A stretch of DNA of 37,698 nucleotides from Acidimicrobiia bacterium (GCA_041576165.1 JBFGLM010000044.1:1-37698); one strand, 5' to 3'; counted from the stretch's first letter, positions 27,689 through 37,698 are shown. Numbers and translations: made by a program. The notes: generated by a model not told the origin, from the letters alone.

Positions 27689-27756
27689 TGGCTCCACCCA
27701 AGTCGCTTTGGCTCGAGATCTCTGTGAGTGTGTTCCGACACTCGTTGCGCGGCCGT

Positions 27757-30700
27757 TCAACTACAGCCCGTCGTGTCCCCGCACGTCAGGCACACGTAGC
27801 AACTGCCGTTGCGCACCGTCATGTGGCCGCAATTGGAGCAGGCGGGGGCGTCGCCCATCAGTTCGCCGGCGGCTAGGTCGGCGGTGAGGGCGTAGTCCGA
27901 GCCGGCTGCTGCCACTGCAGTTCGCTCTCGCTGGCTGGCCATGGTGCCGGGGCCGTTGGAGCGCCTGGCTGCGCCCTCCCCGCTGGGGGGTGAGACCGAA
28001 GCCTCGCTCTTGCCGTCGGCGAACGCCGCCGCTTCGGCCTGGGCGTCGATGTCGGCTTCCTTGGCGGCGCCGCCCAGTTCCAGCTGCTGACCGGCTTCGG
28101 CCGCGATGCCCTTCGGGGGCTCGGGCAGGTCCGACTCGGAGCGGTCCGGCGGCACCTGGACCAGTTCGTCTCGATGCAGGTACTCGACACCGAGCGCTCG
28201 GAACATGTAGTCGATGATCGAATTGGCCATCTTGATGTTGGGGTGGCCTTCCACCATGCCCCGCGGTTCGAACGTCTGGAACACGAACGTGTCGACGAAC
28301 TCCTCGAGCGGCACGCCGTATTGCAGACCCTTCGACACGGCGATGGCGAAACTGGCCAGCACGCCGCGCAGCGTCGCGCCTTCTTTGGCGAGGTCGATGA
28401 AGATCTCGCCAAGGGTGCCGTCCTCGTACTCGCCTGTCCGCAAGAACACCTTGTGGCCGCCCACCCGGGCTTCCTGCGTGAAGCCGCCCCGGCGGGCCGG
28501 CAGCAAGAAGCGCGGACGGGGCGTGCTGGCGTATGCCTGGGTCGGGGAGACCCCGGCCGGGATCTTGCCCCAGGCCAGCACGGCTTCCTCCTGTAAGGCC
28601 TCGGACACCTCTTCGGACAGCTCTTCTGACTCGCCGTCGTCCGACGACGCCGACAGCGGTTGGGAGGCCTTGGAACCGTCCCGGTATAGGGCCATGGCTT
28701 TGATGCCCAGCTCCCAGGACATCCTGTAGGCGTCGGCCACGTCGTCGACCGTCACCTCGTTCGGCATGTTGATCGTCTTCGAGATCGCGCCCGAGATGAA
28801 CGGCTGGGCGGCGGCCATCATCTTGATGTGGCCGGTGTGGTGGATGAACCGCTCCCCGTATCTCCCGTTACGGTTGGCGCAGTCGAACACCGCCAGGTGC
28901 TCCTCTGCCAGATGGGGCGCTCCCTCGATCGTCTGGCGGCCACAGATGTAGTCGTTGGCTTCGGCGATCTGCGCCTTGGTGAAGCCGAGCGCAGCCAGCA
29001 AGTCGAAATCGAAGCTGGTGTAGTCATCCGGCGTGTAGCCGAGCCGCTGCAGCGCCTGCTCGCCGACCACGAACACGTTGAACGCGTGCTTCAGCTCGAA
29101 GGTCGACGGCAACGCCTTTTCGATCTTGCCGATTTCCTCGGCGGTCAGGCCTTTCTCGGCCAGCGACTCGCGGTTGATGTGGGGCGCCCCGAGCAGGGTC
29201 GAGGTGCCGATCACATAGTCGATGATGTCGGCGATCTGGTTGTCGTCGTAGCCGAGGCGGTGCAGCGCCGGGGCGATCGACTGGTTGGCGATCTTGAAGT
29301 AGCCACCGCCGGCCAGCTTCTTGAACTTCACCAGCGCGAAGTCGGGCTCGACCCCGGTGGTGTCACAATCCATCAGGAGGCCGATGGTGTTGTGGGAAAC
29401 GAACCCGTTGGCCACGTAGGTGACGTTGTCGGGGACCGACAGATCGTACGTGTACTGCTCTTCACCGAGTTCGGCGGCCGCCACCCGGTCGTAATAGAAG
29501 CCGAGCAGTTGGCCGAGTTCGGCGTCGCCGGTGCGCTCGAACAGCTCCTCGGCGGAGCGACGGGACACCATCCCGATGCGCCGCAGCGAGTTGAGCATCG
29601 TGTTACGCAGATCGTCGCCGACTTCGGTGAGCCGCTGGATCGCGTCTCTGGTGACCGGAATGTGGTCCTTGCGCGCTGTCTGCGGGTGCGGCCCGCCGAG
29701 CAGTCCCGCTTGCTTACGTCCGGAAATGAATCCGATCTCGGCCGCCCACCGGGCGCTATGCGCCTGGTTGAGGAGGCGCAACTCGGCCACATCACTCGAT
29801 CCCCAGCCGGGTGTGCTCATGCGGCGGGTCGTCGGATAGCCCAGGGCGAGCAGCAGCGACTGGACGTCGTGCGAGAACTCCGTGGATGTAGTCGACCAGC
29901 TCGCATACCCGCCTGAGTGGGCATACCCGTCGGCCTCAAACAGGCCGCGGACGAAGGCCTGGTATATCTCAGGGTCGTTGCTGTGCAGTACTGCGTCGGG
30001 AATGTGCGGCGTGTATCCCTTTCCGACGTTGTTTTCTGTGGGAGATTCCTTGGCGAACCCGCACGCCTCCCACCACACCGTCAGCGGCACCGAGTGGAAA
30101 GCCACCTCGGTGTAGCCGGTCTGGTCGCTGATCTGCGCCTCGAGGTTGAACAGCTGCTTGCCGAGCATCGTGAGTCGCTCGACGACGTCGAAATCCTCTT
30201 GGGCGACACAGAAGCGCAAGCCTTTGGCGTGGAGTGAGCCGTCGCCCATGAAGTAGCCGACCAGTTCCGCCAGCCCCGCTGACATCTCCCGGGGCACCGT
30301 GGTCGTGAAGTCGCCCGTCCAATGCATCTCACCGAGCGGCGGCAACGTCACCGTGTTCGGGATGCCAACAAGCTGGTTGAGCTGAAGGGGGACGAGATCG
30401 TCGGGACGGACGTCGCCGAAGCGCCGCCACTGCCACTCGCCGGTCTGTGTGTCGACCACCTTGATGCGATGGGTCGGCGTGCCCTGGATGCGATACCCAC
30501 GAGCGGTCTCGACGGTCACCACCGGTTCGACACCATTCACATAGAACTGGGTCGCTTCCCGTGGTCCTTCGTCGGTCGAAACCTCGACCCCGAGGTCCTG
30601 CCACTGGCTTCCTGCGGGATCGCCCAGCGACCGCAGCCGCACCAGACCTCGTTCGGTTGCCAGCAGCGAACCTCCTACCAGGCAGCCCGTCGGGGCAAGC

Positions 30701-33700
30701 ACGGTCGCTTGAGCGTTGCGGTACCCGTGGGTCTCGCCCAGAGCCAGCGCCACGTCCCACGCACCCCTCGCCGAGGCCAGCAGATCGGGCGGGCACCGGT
30801 CGGGGTCGATGCCCGTGACGTGGTGGTGTACACCCTCGAAGTCGGATTCGTTGTACGCGGCCCCGCGATGGTTGCGCATGACCCGCAGCATGTTGTCCCG
30901 GTTTTCGGCGAACTTCGGGAAGGGGCCCCGCACCGCCGCCATCTCGGCGGACGCCGCATAGGCGACGCCGGTCAGTGTTGCAGTGATCGCCCCGGCGATA
31001 GCCCGGCCCTCGTCCGAGTCATAGGGAATGCCCCACCGCATGAGGAGGGAACCCAGGTTGGCGTAGCCGAGGCCGAGCGTGCGGTAGTCGTACGAACCCT
31101 GGGCGATCTCCCGGGACGGGAAGTGGGCCATCGTGACCGAGATCTCCAGCACGATCGTCCACAACCGGATCGCGTGCTCATAGGCCTCAATGTCGAAGGT
31201 CCCATCGGCGTCGATGAACCGCACCAGGTTGAGGCTGGCCAGGTTGCAGGCGGTGTTATCCAGAAACATATATTCACTGCAAGGGTTAGACGCCCGGATC
31301 TCGCCGCCGGCGGGGGAGGTGTGCCACTCGTTGATCGTGGTGTGGTACTGCATGCCCGGGTCGGCGCAGGCCCAGGCGGCGTCGGCGATCTGACGCCACA
31401 GGTCGCGGGCCTTGATCGTCTTGCGAACTGTGCCATCGGTACGGTTGGTCAGCTGCCAGTCGCCGTCGTCGATGACGGCCTGAATGAACTCGTTGGTGAC
31501 CCGCACCGAGTTGTTCGAGTTCTGGCCCGACACGGTGGCATACGCCTCGCCGTTGAAGTCGGCCGGGAACCCGCCGTGCTCGATGAGGATGCGCGCCTTG
31601 TCCTCCTCGACCTTCTTCCAGGCGATGAACTCTTCGATGTCGGGATGGTCGATGTCGAGGATGACCATCTTGGCGGCCCGCCGGGTGGTGCCGCCCGACT
31701 TGATCGCGCCGGCGGCCCGGTCGCCGATCTTGAGGAACGACATCAGACCCGAGCTCTTGCCGCCGCCGGCCAGCGCCTCACCCTCGGAACGGATGTGTGA
31801 GAAGTTGGAGCCGGTGTTGTGAATAGCCACAAGACCCGTCTCGCCGGCAAGGTAGTTCGAGTGGTGAGCGACAGTGAGATCGTAGAAATCGGGGTCGTCG
31901 GTGCACGCCTCGACCGATGTCACGAAAGCAATCGAGCGAGCAACCTGCGACACAAGATCGAGGACCGGTTCTTGCCGGTCCATAACTGCCACTGCCCGAT
32001 CGAGCTTCGTGGGATTGACAAGTCCCTCGTAGCGCAGACGTCCGAGATGGAAGGTCTCATCGCCGATAGGTACACGAAGCCAGTCGGCAGGCGCGTGCTC
32101 CCCAAAAGCCTCGCTGCTCATCTGCTTCGACAGCGGCATGCAGAACATCCGCTCATGCTTCGTGTCGTATTCGAGAAGCCGTGACCGGCGCTCAGGATGC
32201 GTCAGGTGTCGACCGAGGTCGTGACGCAGCGCCGCAGACGTCGACCGATGCACGATCGTTGCTGTACTAACACTGTCGTCCCGGCGGACGCCGCCTCCAA
32301 GTCGATGGAACGAAGCCAGCACGGCCGCGTCCTTCGCGAATTCGTGGCTCGCAGTGGCGTACACGGCCCGCCCGCGGTTGACCGATCCATCGGAGTCGAT
32401 GAGACCAGCGAGGAAGGCAAAAGCAATGTCACGACCCGCCAGCCATACGAACTGTGGGAGTTCGATCGTGTATGTCTTTTCGCCGACCGGGAATAGCTCC
32501 GCGAAGAACCCGGTGACGCTGCGTCCGGTGAAGGTGATCGTCTTGCCGTTGCTGCCACGACCATCCTGCTGGATCGTTGCCGTCTCACCGAAGACCCGCT
32601 CCACGATCGCAATGACGCGCTGCAGGGTCTCGGTCGTCTCATCGTGGAAGCGCAATCGTGGCCGCCGGTACGTGTAGGTCGTGCCGTATTTGTTGGTTGT
32701 CCGGTGGTTGGTCAATCCGAGGGAACCGTCACCCAAAAAGAAGCCGCACAACCACGCCAGGTCCTCATCGATGAGCACGTGACGGCGTTCTGTGCTGTTG
32801 TGGTAGCTCGTCTCGTATGACACAACGATCGGTTCGATCGAGAGCTGATCTACCGCCGTTTCGTTGGGACCCATCACGGCGGCTCCGCGCTCGAGCTGGT
32901 CGGCACGTCGTTCGACAATGCGTTCACCGTCCCAGACGAGGAATGGATGCCATGCCGATACCGTCGCGCTCGCTCCGGTGTCGAAGCGGACCGTCACTTT
33001 GTCATCGGCGTCGACGTCGTATTCCCACACGAGCTCAACCTTGTCGAACTCGTAGCGGCCGGTCTCCTCGTCAAGGGCCAGCGTCAACACCTCGGTGTCA
33101 CCGATGTCGATGTAGCGGCCCTTGCCGTCGAACTCGTGGACCACTCGGCCCTCGTCCTTGAACCGGCTGAACAGGTCGCGGATCGGGACGAAGCCCTCGC
33201 CCATCACGTAGACGCGAGAATCGCCCGCCGTGCAGCCCGATCCCATTTTGAAAAGGCGAGCCTCGCGCACCCACAGGTCCATGATCCCGCCCGGGTTCAC
33301 CAGGTCGTCGGCGACCGCTTGTATGAAGCAAGCGTGCGGGGCCGGGCGCGTGTACGCATCCTCCGACTCGAGGGCTTCACCGGATTCTTCGTCGACGTAC
33401 CAGAAACCCTGCTTGGTGCCGGTGATGCCGTACTTGTGGGCCAGGCCGGTGTTGAACCACTGTGGCGAGTTGGGAGCCGCCATCTGGTTGGCGAGCATGT
33501 ACTTCAGTTCGTCCTCGAACGCCTGGGCGTCGTCACCGGATGCGAAGTAGCCGTAGTTCTCCCCCCACCATCGCCACGTTTCGGCGAGGCGGTTGAACAC
33601 ATCCTTGGCAGAGTGTTCGGGTCCGGTGACCGGGTCGCCGCCCTCGTCGAGGATCGGGTCGCCGTAGCTGTCGAGCTGGAGCACGCCGGCCTTGCGGAAA

Positions 33701-33900
33701 TACTTCGAGACCATGATGTCGGCCGCCACCTGGCTGAACGTGGCGGGGACTTCGGCGTCCTTCATCTCGAACACGACCGAGCCGTCTGGGTTGGTGATCT
33801 TCGAGTCGCGGCGCGTCCACTGGATGCCGGCGTAGGGATCCTTCCCGGCAGTGGTGAAGCGTCGTTCGATCGTGAGTCCGTGTGCGGAGCCGTCAGCCAT
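27757..33900 (-). CDS. nrdJ: Adenosylcobalamin-dependent (class II) ribonucleotide reductase precursor with two inteins
   Basis: APNSPQWFNTG, HACFIQ, IKSGGTTRRAAKM, SNPCSEY, TACNLASLNL, RNAQATVLAPTG/TIG, GVEP, PFISGAISKTINMP, YRDGSK; TSCPD-like C-terminal domain with CxxC..CxxC and terminal GCS. About 1142 aa after removing the inteins. Confidence 0.96.
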   Translation of the reverse strand: MADGSAHGLTIERRFTTAGKDPYAGIQWTRRDSKITNPDGSVVFEMKDAEVPATFSQVAADIMVSKYFRKAGVLQLDSYGDPILDEGGDPVTGPEHSAKDVFNRLAETWRWWGENYGYFASGDDAQAFEDELKYMLANQMAAPNSPQWFNTGLAHKYGITGTKQGFWYVDEESGEALESEDAYTRPAPHACFIQAVADDLVNPGGIMDLWVREARLFKMGSGCTAGDSRVYVMGEGFVPIRDLFSRFKDEGRVVHEFDGKGRYIDIGDTEVLTLALDEETGRYEFDKVELVWEYDVDADDKVTVRFDTGASATVSAWHPFLVWDGERIVERRADQLERGAAVMGPNETAVDQLSIEPIVVSYETSYHNSTERRHVLIDEDLAWLCGFFLGDGSLGLTNHRTTNKYGTTYTYRRPRLRFHDETTETLQRVIAIVERVFGETATIQQDGRGSNGKTITFTGRSVTGFFAELFPVGEKTYTIELPQFVWLAGRDIAFAFLAGLIDSDGSVNRGRAVYATASHEFAKDAAVLASFHRLGGGVRRDDSVSTATIVHRSTSAALRHDLGRHLTHPERRSRLLEYDTKHERMFCMPLSKQMSSEAFGEHAPADWLRVPIGDETFHLGRLRYEGLVNPTKLDRAVAVMDRQEPVLDLVSQVARSIAFVTSVEACTDDPDFYDLTVAHHSNYLAGETGLVAIHNTGSNFSHIRSEGEALAGGGKSSGLMSFLKIGDRAAGAIKSGGTTRRAAKMVILDIDHPDIEEFIAWKKVEEDKARILIEHGGFPADFNGEAYATVSGQNSNNSVRVTNEFIQAVIDDGDWQLTNRTDGTVRKTIKARDLWRQIADAAWACADPGMQYHTTINEWHTSPAGGEIRASNPCSEYMFLDNTACNLASLNLVRFIDADGTFDIEAYEHAIRLWTIVLEISVTMAHFPSREIAQGSYDYRTLGLGYANLGSLLMRWGIPYDSDEGRAIAGAITATLTGVAYAASAEMAAVRGPFPKFAENRDNMLRVMRNHRGAAYNESDFEGVHHHVTGIDPDRCPPDLLASARGAWDVALALGETHGYRNAQATVLAPTGCLVGGSLLATERGLVRLRSLGDPAGSQWQDLGVEVSTDEGPREATQFYVNGVEPVVTVETARGYRIQGTPTHRIKVVDTQTGEWQWRRFGDVRPDDLVPLQLNQLVGIPNTVTLPPLGEMHWTGDFTTTVPREMSAGLAELVGYFMGDGSLHAKGLRFCVAQEDFDVVERLTMLGKQLFNLEAQISDQTGYTEVAFHSVPLTVWWEACGFAKESPTENNVGKGYTPHIPDAVLHSNDPEIYQAFVRGLFEADGYAHSGGYASWSTTSTEFSHDVQSLLLALGYPTTRRMSTPGWGSSDVAELRLLNQAHSARWAAEIGFISGRKQAGLLGGPHPQTARKDHIPVTRDAIQRLTEVGDDLRNTMLNSLRRIGMVSRRSAEELFERTGDAELGQLLGFYYDRVAAAELGEEQYTYDLSVPDNVTYVANGFVSHNTIGLLMDCDTTGVEPDFALVKFKKLAGGGYFKIANQSIAPALHRLGYDDNQIADIIDYVIGTSTLLGAPHINRESLAEKGLTAEEIGKIEKALPSTFELKHAFNVFVVGEQALQRLGYTPDDYTSFDFDLLAALGFTKAQIAEANDYICGRQTIEGAPHLAEEHLAVFDCANRNGRYGERFIHHTGHIKMMAAAQPFISGAISKTINMPNEVTVDDVADAYRMSWELGIKAMALYRDGSKASQPLSASSDDGESEELSEEVSEALQEEAVLAWGKIPAGVSPTQAYASTPRPRFLLPARRGGFTQEARVGGHKVFLRTGEYEDGTLGEIFIDLAKEGATLRGVLASFAIAVSKGLQYGVPLEEFVDTFVFQTFEPRGMVEGHPNIKMANSIIDYMFRALGVEYLHRDELVQVPPDRSESDLPEPPKGIAAEAGQQLELGGAAKEADIDAQAEAAAFADGKSEASVSPPSGEGAARRSNGPGTMASQRERTAVAAAGSDYALTADLAAGELMGDAPACSNCGHMTVRNGSCYVCLTCGDTTGCS
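29389..30684 (-). mobile_element. Intein 2 (432 aa) with LAGLIDADG homing endonuclease
   Basis: Junctions LAPTG|CLVGGSLL ... TYDLSVPDNVTYVANGFVSHN|TIG; block B GTPTHRI; endonuclease motifs LVGYFMGDGS and FVRGLFEADG. Confidence 0.93.
31816..33234 (-). mobile_element. Intein 1 (473 aa) with LAGLIDADG homing endonuclease
   Basis: Junctions FKMGSG|CTAGDSRV ... FYDLTVAHHSNYLAGETGLVAIHN|TGSNFS; block B VSAWHPF; endonuclease motifs LCGFFLGDGS and FLAGLIDSDG. Confidence 0.93.
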
Positions 33901-33993
33901 GTGGTCTCTTCCCTCTCCGTCGTGCGTGCCTGGCTCGGGTGAAGAAGCCCGTCGAGAGGGATGTCTCTCGCTTCACACCGGCCGCCCTGGCCT

Positions 33994-34049
33994 TGTTCCT
34001 GGGCAGTTCCCCCTGCCGTGTTCCTGGGCAGTTCCCCCTGCCGTGTTCC
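33994..34049. repeat. 25-bp tandem repeat (2 copies + partial), each with an internal hairpin, in the nrdJ leader
   Basis: TGTTCCTGGGCAGTTCCCCCTGCCG at 33994-34018 and 34019-34043, plus TGTTCC; internal GGCAG-N6-CTGCC stem. Confidence 0.9.
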
Positions 34050-34297
34050 CGTGCCACCGGATCTCCCTTTCTCGGTGGCCGGCTTCCGTCGCCTCTCGGC
34101 GGCGGGCCTGCGCGGGCTGCCTCGTCACTGGCTGCCCTGTTAGTGGCTGCCGCTTGCCCCGTGACGGCAGTCACCCCGACTGCGGAGGGCGTCACCGCTA
34201 TCCTGTACCGGGCCGCCGCACTCGGCTCCCACCGCACTTGGTTCGGTCGCTCCATCCGTCCTGTCACCTCGGTTGTGGCCCTCGGATCTGCTCTGGA

Positions 34298-34399
34298 AGA
34301 TTATCGCCAAACCACAACATATTGTGGTTTGTCCGATCATGACGTCCCATATGTTGTGCCTGTCGGCGGGACTCGCAGTTAATCACAGAGATGTAGTTA
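34298..34399 (-). promoter_or_regulatory. nrdJ promoter with NrdR boxes
   Basis: CCACAACATATTGTGG (34312-34327) and GTCCCATATGTTGTGC (34344-34359) match the NrdR consensus acaCwAtATaTwGtgt, 32 bp apart; weaker third box at 34384-34399. TAATCT -10-like box on the minus strand at 34303-34298. Confidence 0.85.
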
Positions 34400-34455
34400 C
34401 GTCAATGCTCTTTCGGTGGATTCCTGCGCGATCTCGAGATTTTTCGTGAGATTGG

Positions 34456-34495
34456 ACTCCGCCGCCAACGGGGCGCGCCCGACCGGCGGCGGAGT
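34456..34495. terminator. GC-rich inverted repeat between the surface-protein gene and the nrdJ promoter
   Basis: ACTCCGCCGCC-N18-GGCGGCGGAGT, 11-bp perfect arms. Confidence 0.35.
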
Positions 34496-34679
34496 ATCAC
34501 TCCGGGGAAGGAGGCTGAGCTGCCTCGGGGAAGTTGGAGAACGGTACCGGGTGGGCACCGGCAGTGGCAAGCGGGCGCAAAGCCAGTTTTCGCGACTCTT
34601 CACGTGCGCTGGTAGCGTGGCTGGCTCTCACCCTGCGCGAGCGACCTGCACCGGCGCAGGCGAAAATCCGGGATCCCGA

Positions 34680-37600
34680 CTAGATGTCTCGGCCGATCCC
34701 GACAATGTACGGCCGCTTCCGCACGTACTCGAAGAAGACGACCCAGGGCTCGCTGTCGTCGTCGGGCCTAATGCTCAGGTAGTGGAAGTTGCGACATTCG
34801 ATGGGTAGGAGCGCCTCCGTCGAGTGGCGCTGGCGAGTCGACAGGTGGGATGTGGCATCCAGTGCATCCAGGAAGGAACGCAGCGTCGATCCGACATGTG
34901 ACGCCTCGGTCAAAGCCGAGGCCACTTGAGTCCGGGCGAGTCGCGTCACTCCGGCCTCGGAGCTGACAATCAGCCCGCGTTTGGCAATGAGTTGGGTGAC
35001 TGCCTGTTCTGCGCGGAGTGCCGTCCCCAGGCGTCTGAGCATCTGCGGCGGCCGGATGTCCTCGAAGAAGGCTTCCAGTGGATGCTCCGGCATCACGCAT
35101 TCGGCCTTGACCCAGCCATTGCCGTGGGGGGTGACAACCGAGACCCAGCGCACGCCATCGACGGTTCGCGGCCGGCCGGCGGAGGGGATACCGCGCTCTG
35201 CCGGCCCGATGCGACTTACCGCCTTGGCCTGTGGATTCGGCTGCGCGCGGACAACGAGCTGTGATTCGCGGTCAACCAGTACGGCGGCGTAGCTGGCGGG
35301 GGCCCACAAACCAAACGCTAGCTGGGCGCCGGCGAGTCTGCCGGCGCCCAGCCCTACGAAAAGCGTCACGAACAACAAGGCCAGCGGTAGGCGGAGCGCT
35401 CCGGCCGACTGATAGAACGCACCTACCAACAGGGACACCGACCGGGGAGAGAACAGCGCGTCGAGCCCGAAATGAAGCGGCTCCTCCGTCGGGACCTCCA
35501 GCCCAACGCTGTCGATCCCCAGCGCCGCCGCCAGCGCAGCCCCGGCTTCATAGGCGGCTTCGGTGACGGAGACCACCACGGTCGCGCGTCCGGTGGCGCC
35601 GGACGCGTCTGCCACCACGTATTCGAAGGTATCGGTGCCGACATATCCGGCGGTCGGGTGATATTCAACTCTCCCATCGGCGGTGAGGACGACCGTGCCG
35701 TGCTGGGCACCCGCCACCTCGATGATCCTCAGGTCGTCGCCGTCGGCGTCGATGTCGTTGGCCAACACGTCGATCAGCAGGGCGTTGTAATCCCGGAATG
35801 TCACGTGGTCGCCGGCAGGCAACGGGAGATCGTTGACCGGCTCAACTGTGACAACGATGCGGCCCACTCCTGCTCCGCCGAAGCCGTCAGCAACGCCATA
35901 GACGAGCTCGATCATTCCGGTGTAGTCGGGCGGCGGGTCGAGCCTCACTGCACCCTCACCTTCCCAGCGAACCACTCCCGCCGACGCCTGGACCGAATTC
36001 TGCAGCGAGATCGCATCGCCGTCCGGATCGAAGTCGTTAGCCAGCGGTTGGATAACGATCGCGACGTCTTCCTTCGTCGAGAGCTCGTCGATAACAGCTA
36101 CAGGAGCCTCATTTGTGACGTTGATCGTGACTACAGCCCGGTCGATCGCGCCGCGCCGGTCCACGGCTTCGTAGACGAAAGAGTCGACAGCCTGGTACGG
36201 ATCATCGTCGCTGATGTATTCGAAGGAACCATCGTCGTTGAGCCGGAGTGTCCCGAACTCGGGTCGGCTGTCGATCCTCACGCTGAGCCGGTCCCCGTCG
36301 GCGTCTCCATCGTTCGCCAGAACCCCCGGAGCCCCGACAGTGAGGGTCGTGCCATGGACGACCTCGTACACATCATTGGTGGCCGACGGCGCAACGTTGA
36401 AGTCGCCCGGCGCGACACGCCAAGCAACCCGCACTGTGGATGCCGCGCCTGCCTCATCGGTGACCGAAATGTTGGACTCGTACGGAGTTGTTAGGGCGCT
36501 CCCCGGTGCCACGACCCCGACGATCTCACCGCGGGCGGTGTCCACCGATAGTCCGGGCGGCAGGCCGGTAGCCGAGTACGTCAAGCTGTTGGCAGGAAGA
36601 TCACGGTCGGTCACGGTCAACTGCAGCGCGACGCCGTCACCTTCCGCCACGACTTGGTCGCCGGGGTCGGTGAGACGCGGGGGCCGATTGACCTCGGCCA
36701 CGTCAACAGTAACGGCCGCAGATGATGTGCCGCCGACGTCATCGGTTGCTTCCACTTCAAAGGTGAACGTACCGGGACCGTCGATCTCGCCGGGCGTCCA
36801 GGTGACTCTCCCCGTCGCAGCGTCGACCGTCGCCCCCGCCGGCTCACCGCGTAAGGCGTAGGTAGGTGCGCCGCTGTCGGCGTCGGTCGCATCAACGAAG
36901 AACTCCAGCAGCGCTTCTTCATCCACCGTCATTGGGGTGATCGGATCAATTGATGGTGGGTCGTTGACCGGCGTGATCGTGAGCGACACAAATGCTGTGT
37001 CGCATGCACTCGTGCCATCACACACCGAGTACGTAAACGAATCGCTCGAGCTTTCTCCGCCATCGTGCGAGTAGACGAAGGTCCCGTCAGGGCTCACGGC
37101 GACGGTCCCCCGTTGTGGCGGCGTCGCGAGCGATGCAACCATGGTGTCGGCGGGTCCGTCGGGGTCCGTGTCATTCAATAGCAGCCCGGGCACAGTCACG
37201 GTCAGCGTCGCCCCTTCCGGCACAGCGTACGCGTCATCGGTGGCTTGCGGGTCGTCGTTCACGGGCGTTACGTTCACGACCACGGTGGCCGTCGTCGTGA
37301 ACGTCCCGTCGGTGACGTCGTAGGTGAACGAATCCGAGCCGTTGAAGTCGGCATCGGGTGTGTATGCGACCTCGGCGCCGGCGATCACGGTCGTCCCGCC
37401 CGCGGGTTGGGACACCGAGTTGAGCGTGAGACTATCGAGATCGGGATCCGAGTCGTTCGCGAGCACGCTGATCAGCATCGGAAAGTCCTCGAGCGTCCCC
37501 GCAACGTCGTTGACCGCCACCGGCGGGAGATTGGTGGTGTCGACGACGTCGACGGTGCGAGTTACCTGCGTGGCGGGGTTACCTGACGAGTCGGTGACGT

Positions 37601-37698
37601 CGTAGGTCACCGCATAGGACCCGAGCGTCGAGGTGTCCACCGCCGACGCATCAATCACAATCGACCCTGAGATATCCCCGTCGTGGTTGTCCGACGCG
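34680..37698 (-). CDS. Large Ig-like repeat surface protein/adhesin (5' end outside window)
   Basis: DUF5011-like repeat ([35 protein letters not shown]), cadherin-like/tandem-95 repeats ([30 protein letters not shown]), He_PIG-like repeat ([17 protein letters not shown]), then TM segment(s) and a C-terminal domain. Confidence 0.88.
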   Translation of the reverse strand, partial: ASDNHDGDISGSIVIDASAVDTSTLGSYAVTYDVTDSSGNPATQVTRTVDVVDTTNLPPVAVNDVAGTLEDFPMLISVLANDSDPDLDSLTLNSVSQPAGGTTVIAGAEVAYTPDADFNGSDSFTYDVTDGTFTTTATVVVNVTPVNDDPQATDDAYAVPEGATLTVTVPGLLLNDTDPDGPADTMVASLATPPQRGTVAVSPDGTFVYSHDGGESSSDSFTYSVCDGTSACDTAFVSLTITPVNDPPSIDPITPMTVDEEALLEFFVDATDADSGAPTYALRGEPAGATVDAATGRVTWTPGEIDGPGTFTFEVEATDDVGGTSSAAVTVDVAEVNRPPRLTDPGDQVVAEGDGVALQLTVTDRDLPANSLTYSATGLPPGLSVDTARGEIVGVVAPGSALTTPYESNISVTDEAGAASTVRVAWRVAPGDFNVAPSATNDVYEVVHGTTLTVGAPGVLANDGDADGDRLSVRIDSRPEFGTLRLNDDGSFEYISDDDPYQAVDSFVYEAVDRRGAIDRAVVTINVTNEAPVAVIDELSTKEDVAIVIQPLANDFDPDGDAISLQNSVQASAGVVRWEGEGAVRLDPPPDYTGMIELVYGVADGFGGAGVGRIVVTVEPVNDLPLPAGDHVTFRDYNALLIDVLANDIDADGDDLRIIEVAGAQHGTVVLTADGRVEYHPTAGYVGTDTFEYVVADASGATGRATVVVSVTEAAYEAGAALAAALGIDSVGLEVPTEEPLHFGLDALFSPRSVSLLVGAFYQSAGALRLPLALLFVTLFVGLGAGRLAGAQLAFGLWAPASYAAVLVDRESQLVVRAQPNPQAKAVSRIGPAERGIPSAGRPRTVDGVRWVSVVTPHGNGWVKAECVMPEHPLEAFFEDIRPPQMLRRLGTALRAEQAVTQLIAKRGLIVSSEAGVTRLARTQVASALTEASHVGSTLRSFLDALDATSHLSTRQRHSTEALLPIECRNFHYLSIRPDDDSEPWVVFFEYVRKRPYIVGIGRDI

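Noticed and set aside
26200-27750. IS element or prophage explaining the decay zone
   Set aside because: No transposase, integrase, terminal inverted repeats or att-like duplications recognised.
33994-34049. Possible CRISPR array (palindromic 25-bp repeat)
   Set aside because: Copies are directly adjacent with no spacers, there are only two, and no cas genes are present.
33893-34267. 124-aa ORF upstream of nrdJ (possible nrdR or leader protein)
   Set aside because: No Zn-ribbon or ATP-cone motifs; low-complexity translation running through the 25-bp repeat; likely spurious.
33901-34295. Cobalamin riboswitch upstream of nrdJ
   Set aside because: Only scattered fragments (GCCACT, GGGAA, GAGCCAG) without the conserved order or B12 box; not supportable without a covariance-model search.

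Overview
High-GC chromosomal window, probably from an actinomycete (Acidimicrobiia-like; inferred from GC content, leaderless promoters and gene repertoire). It mostly holds metabolic and housekeeping genes: a GNAT acetyltransferase, a biotin-dependent acyl-CoA carboxylase pair, prfC, an ABC-F ATPase, several hydrolases, transporters, an O-antigen-ligase-family protein and a large Ig-repeat surface protein. Notable elements: (1) a class II ribonucleotide reductase nrdJ with two full LAGLIDADG inteins, NrdR boxes and a structured leader of about 390 nt containing a 25-bp tandem repeat; (2) an ABC-F gene whose start codon and SD are predicted to be locked in a stem overlapped by a mini-ORF, a candidate translational attenuator; (3) prfC apparently coupled to an SD-led 12-codon uORF through a GTGA overlap; (4) a small decay zone with an intact RHH/MazF toxin-antitoxin pair, a ruined second mazF and a frameshifted DUF1905 gene; (5) a WaaL/PglL-like gene coupled to a Pro/Thr-rich surface protein. 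No CRISPR array, rRNA, tRNA or transposase was recognised. All family calls come from motif recognition, not database searches.
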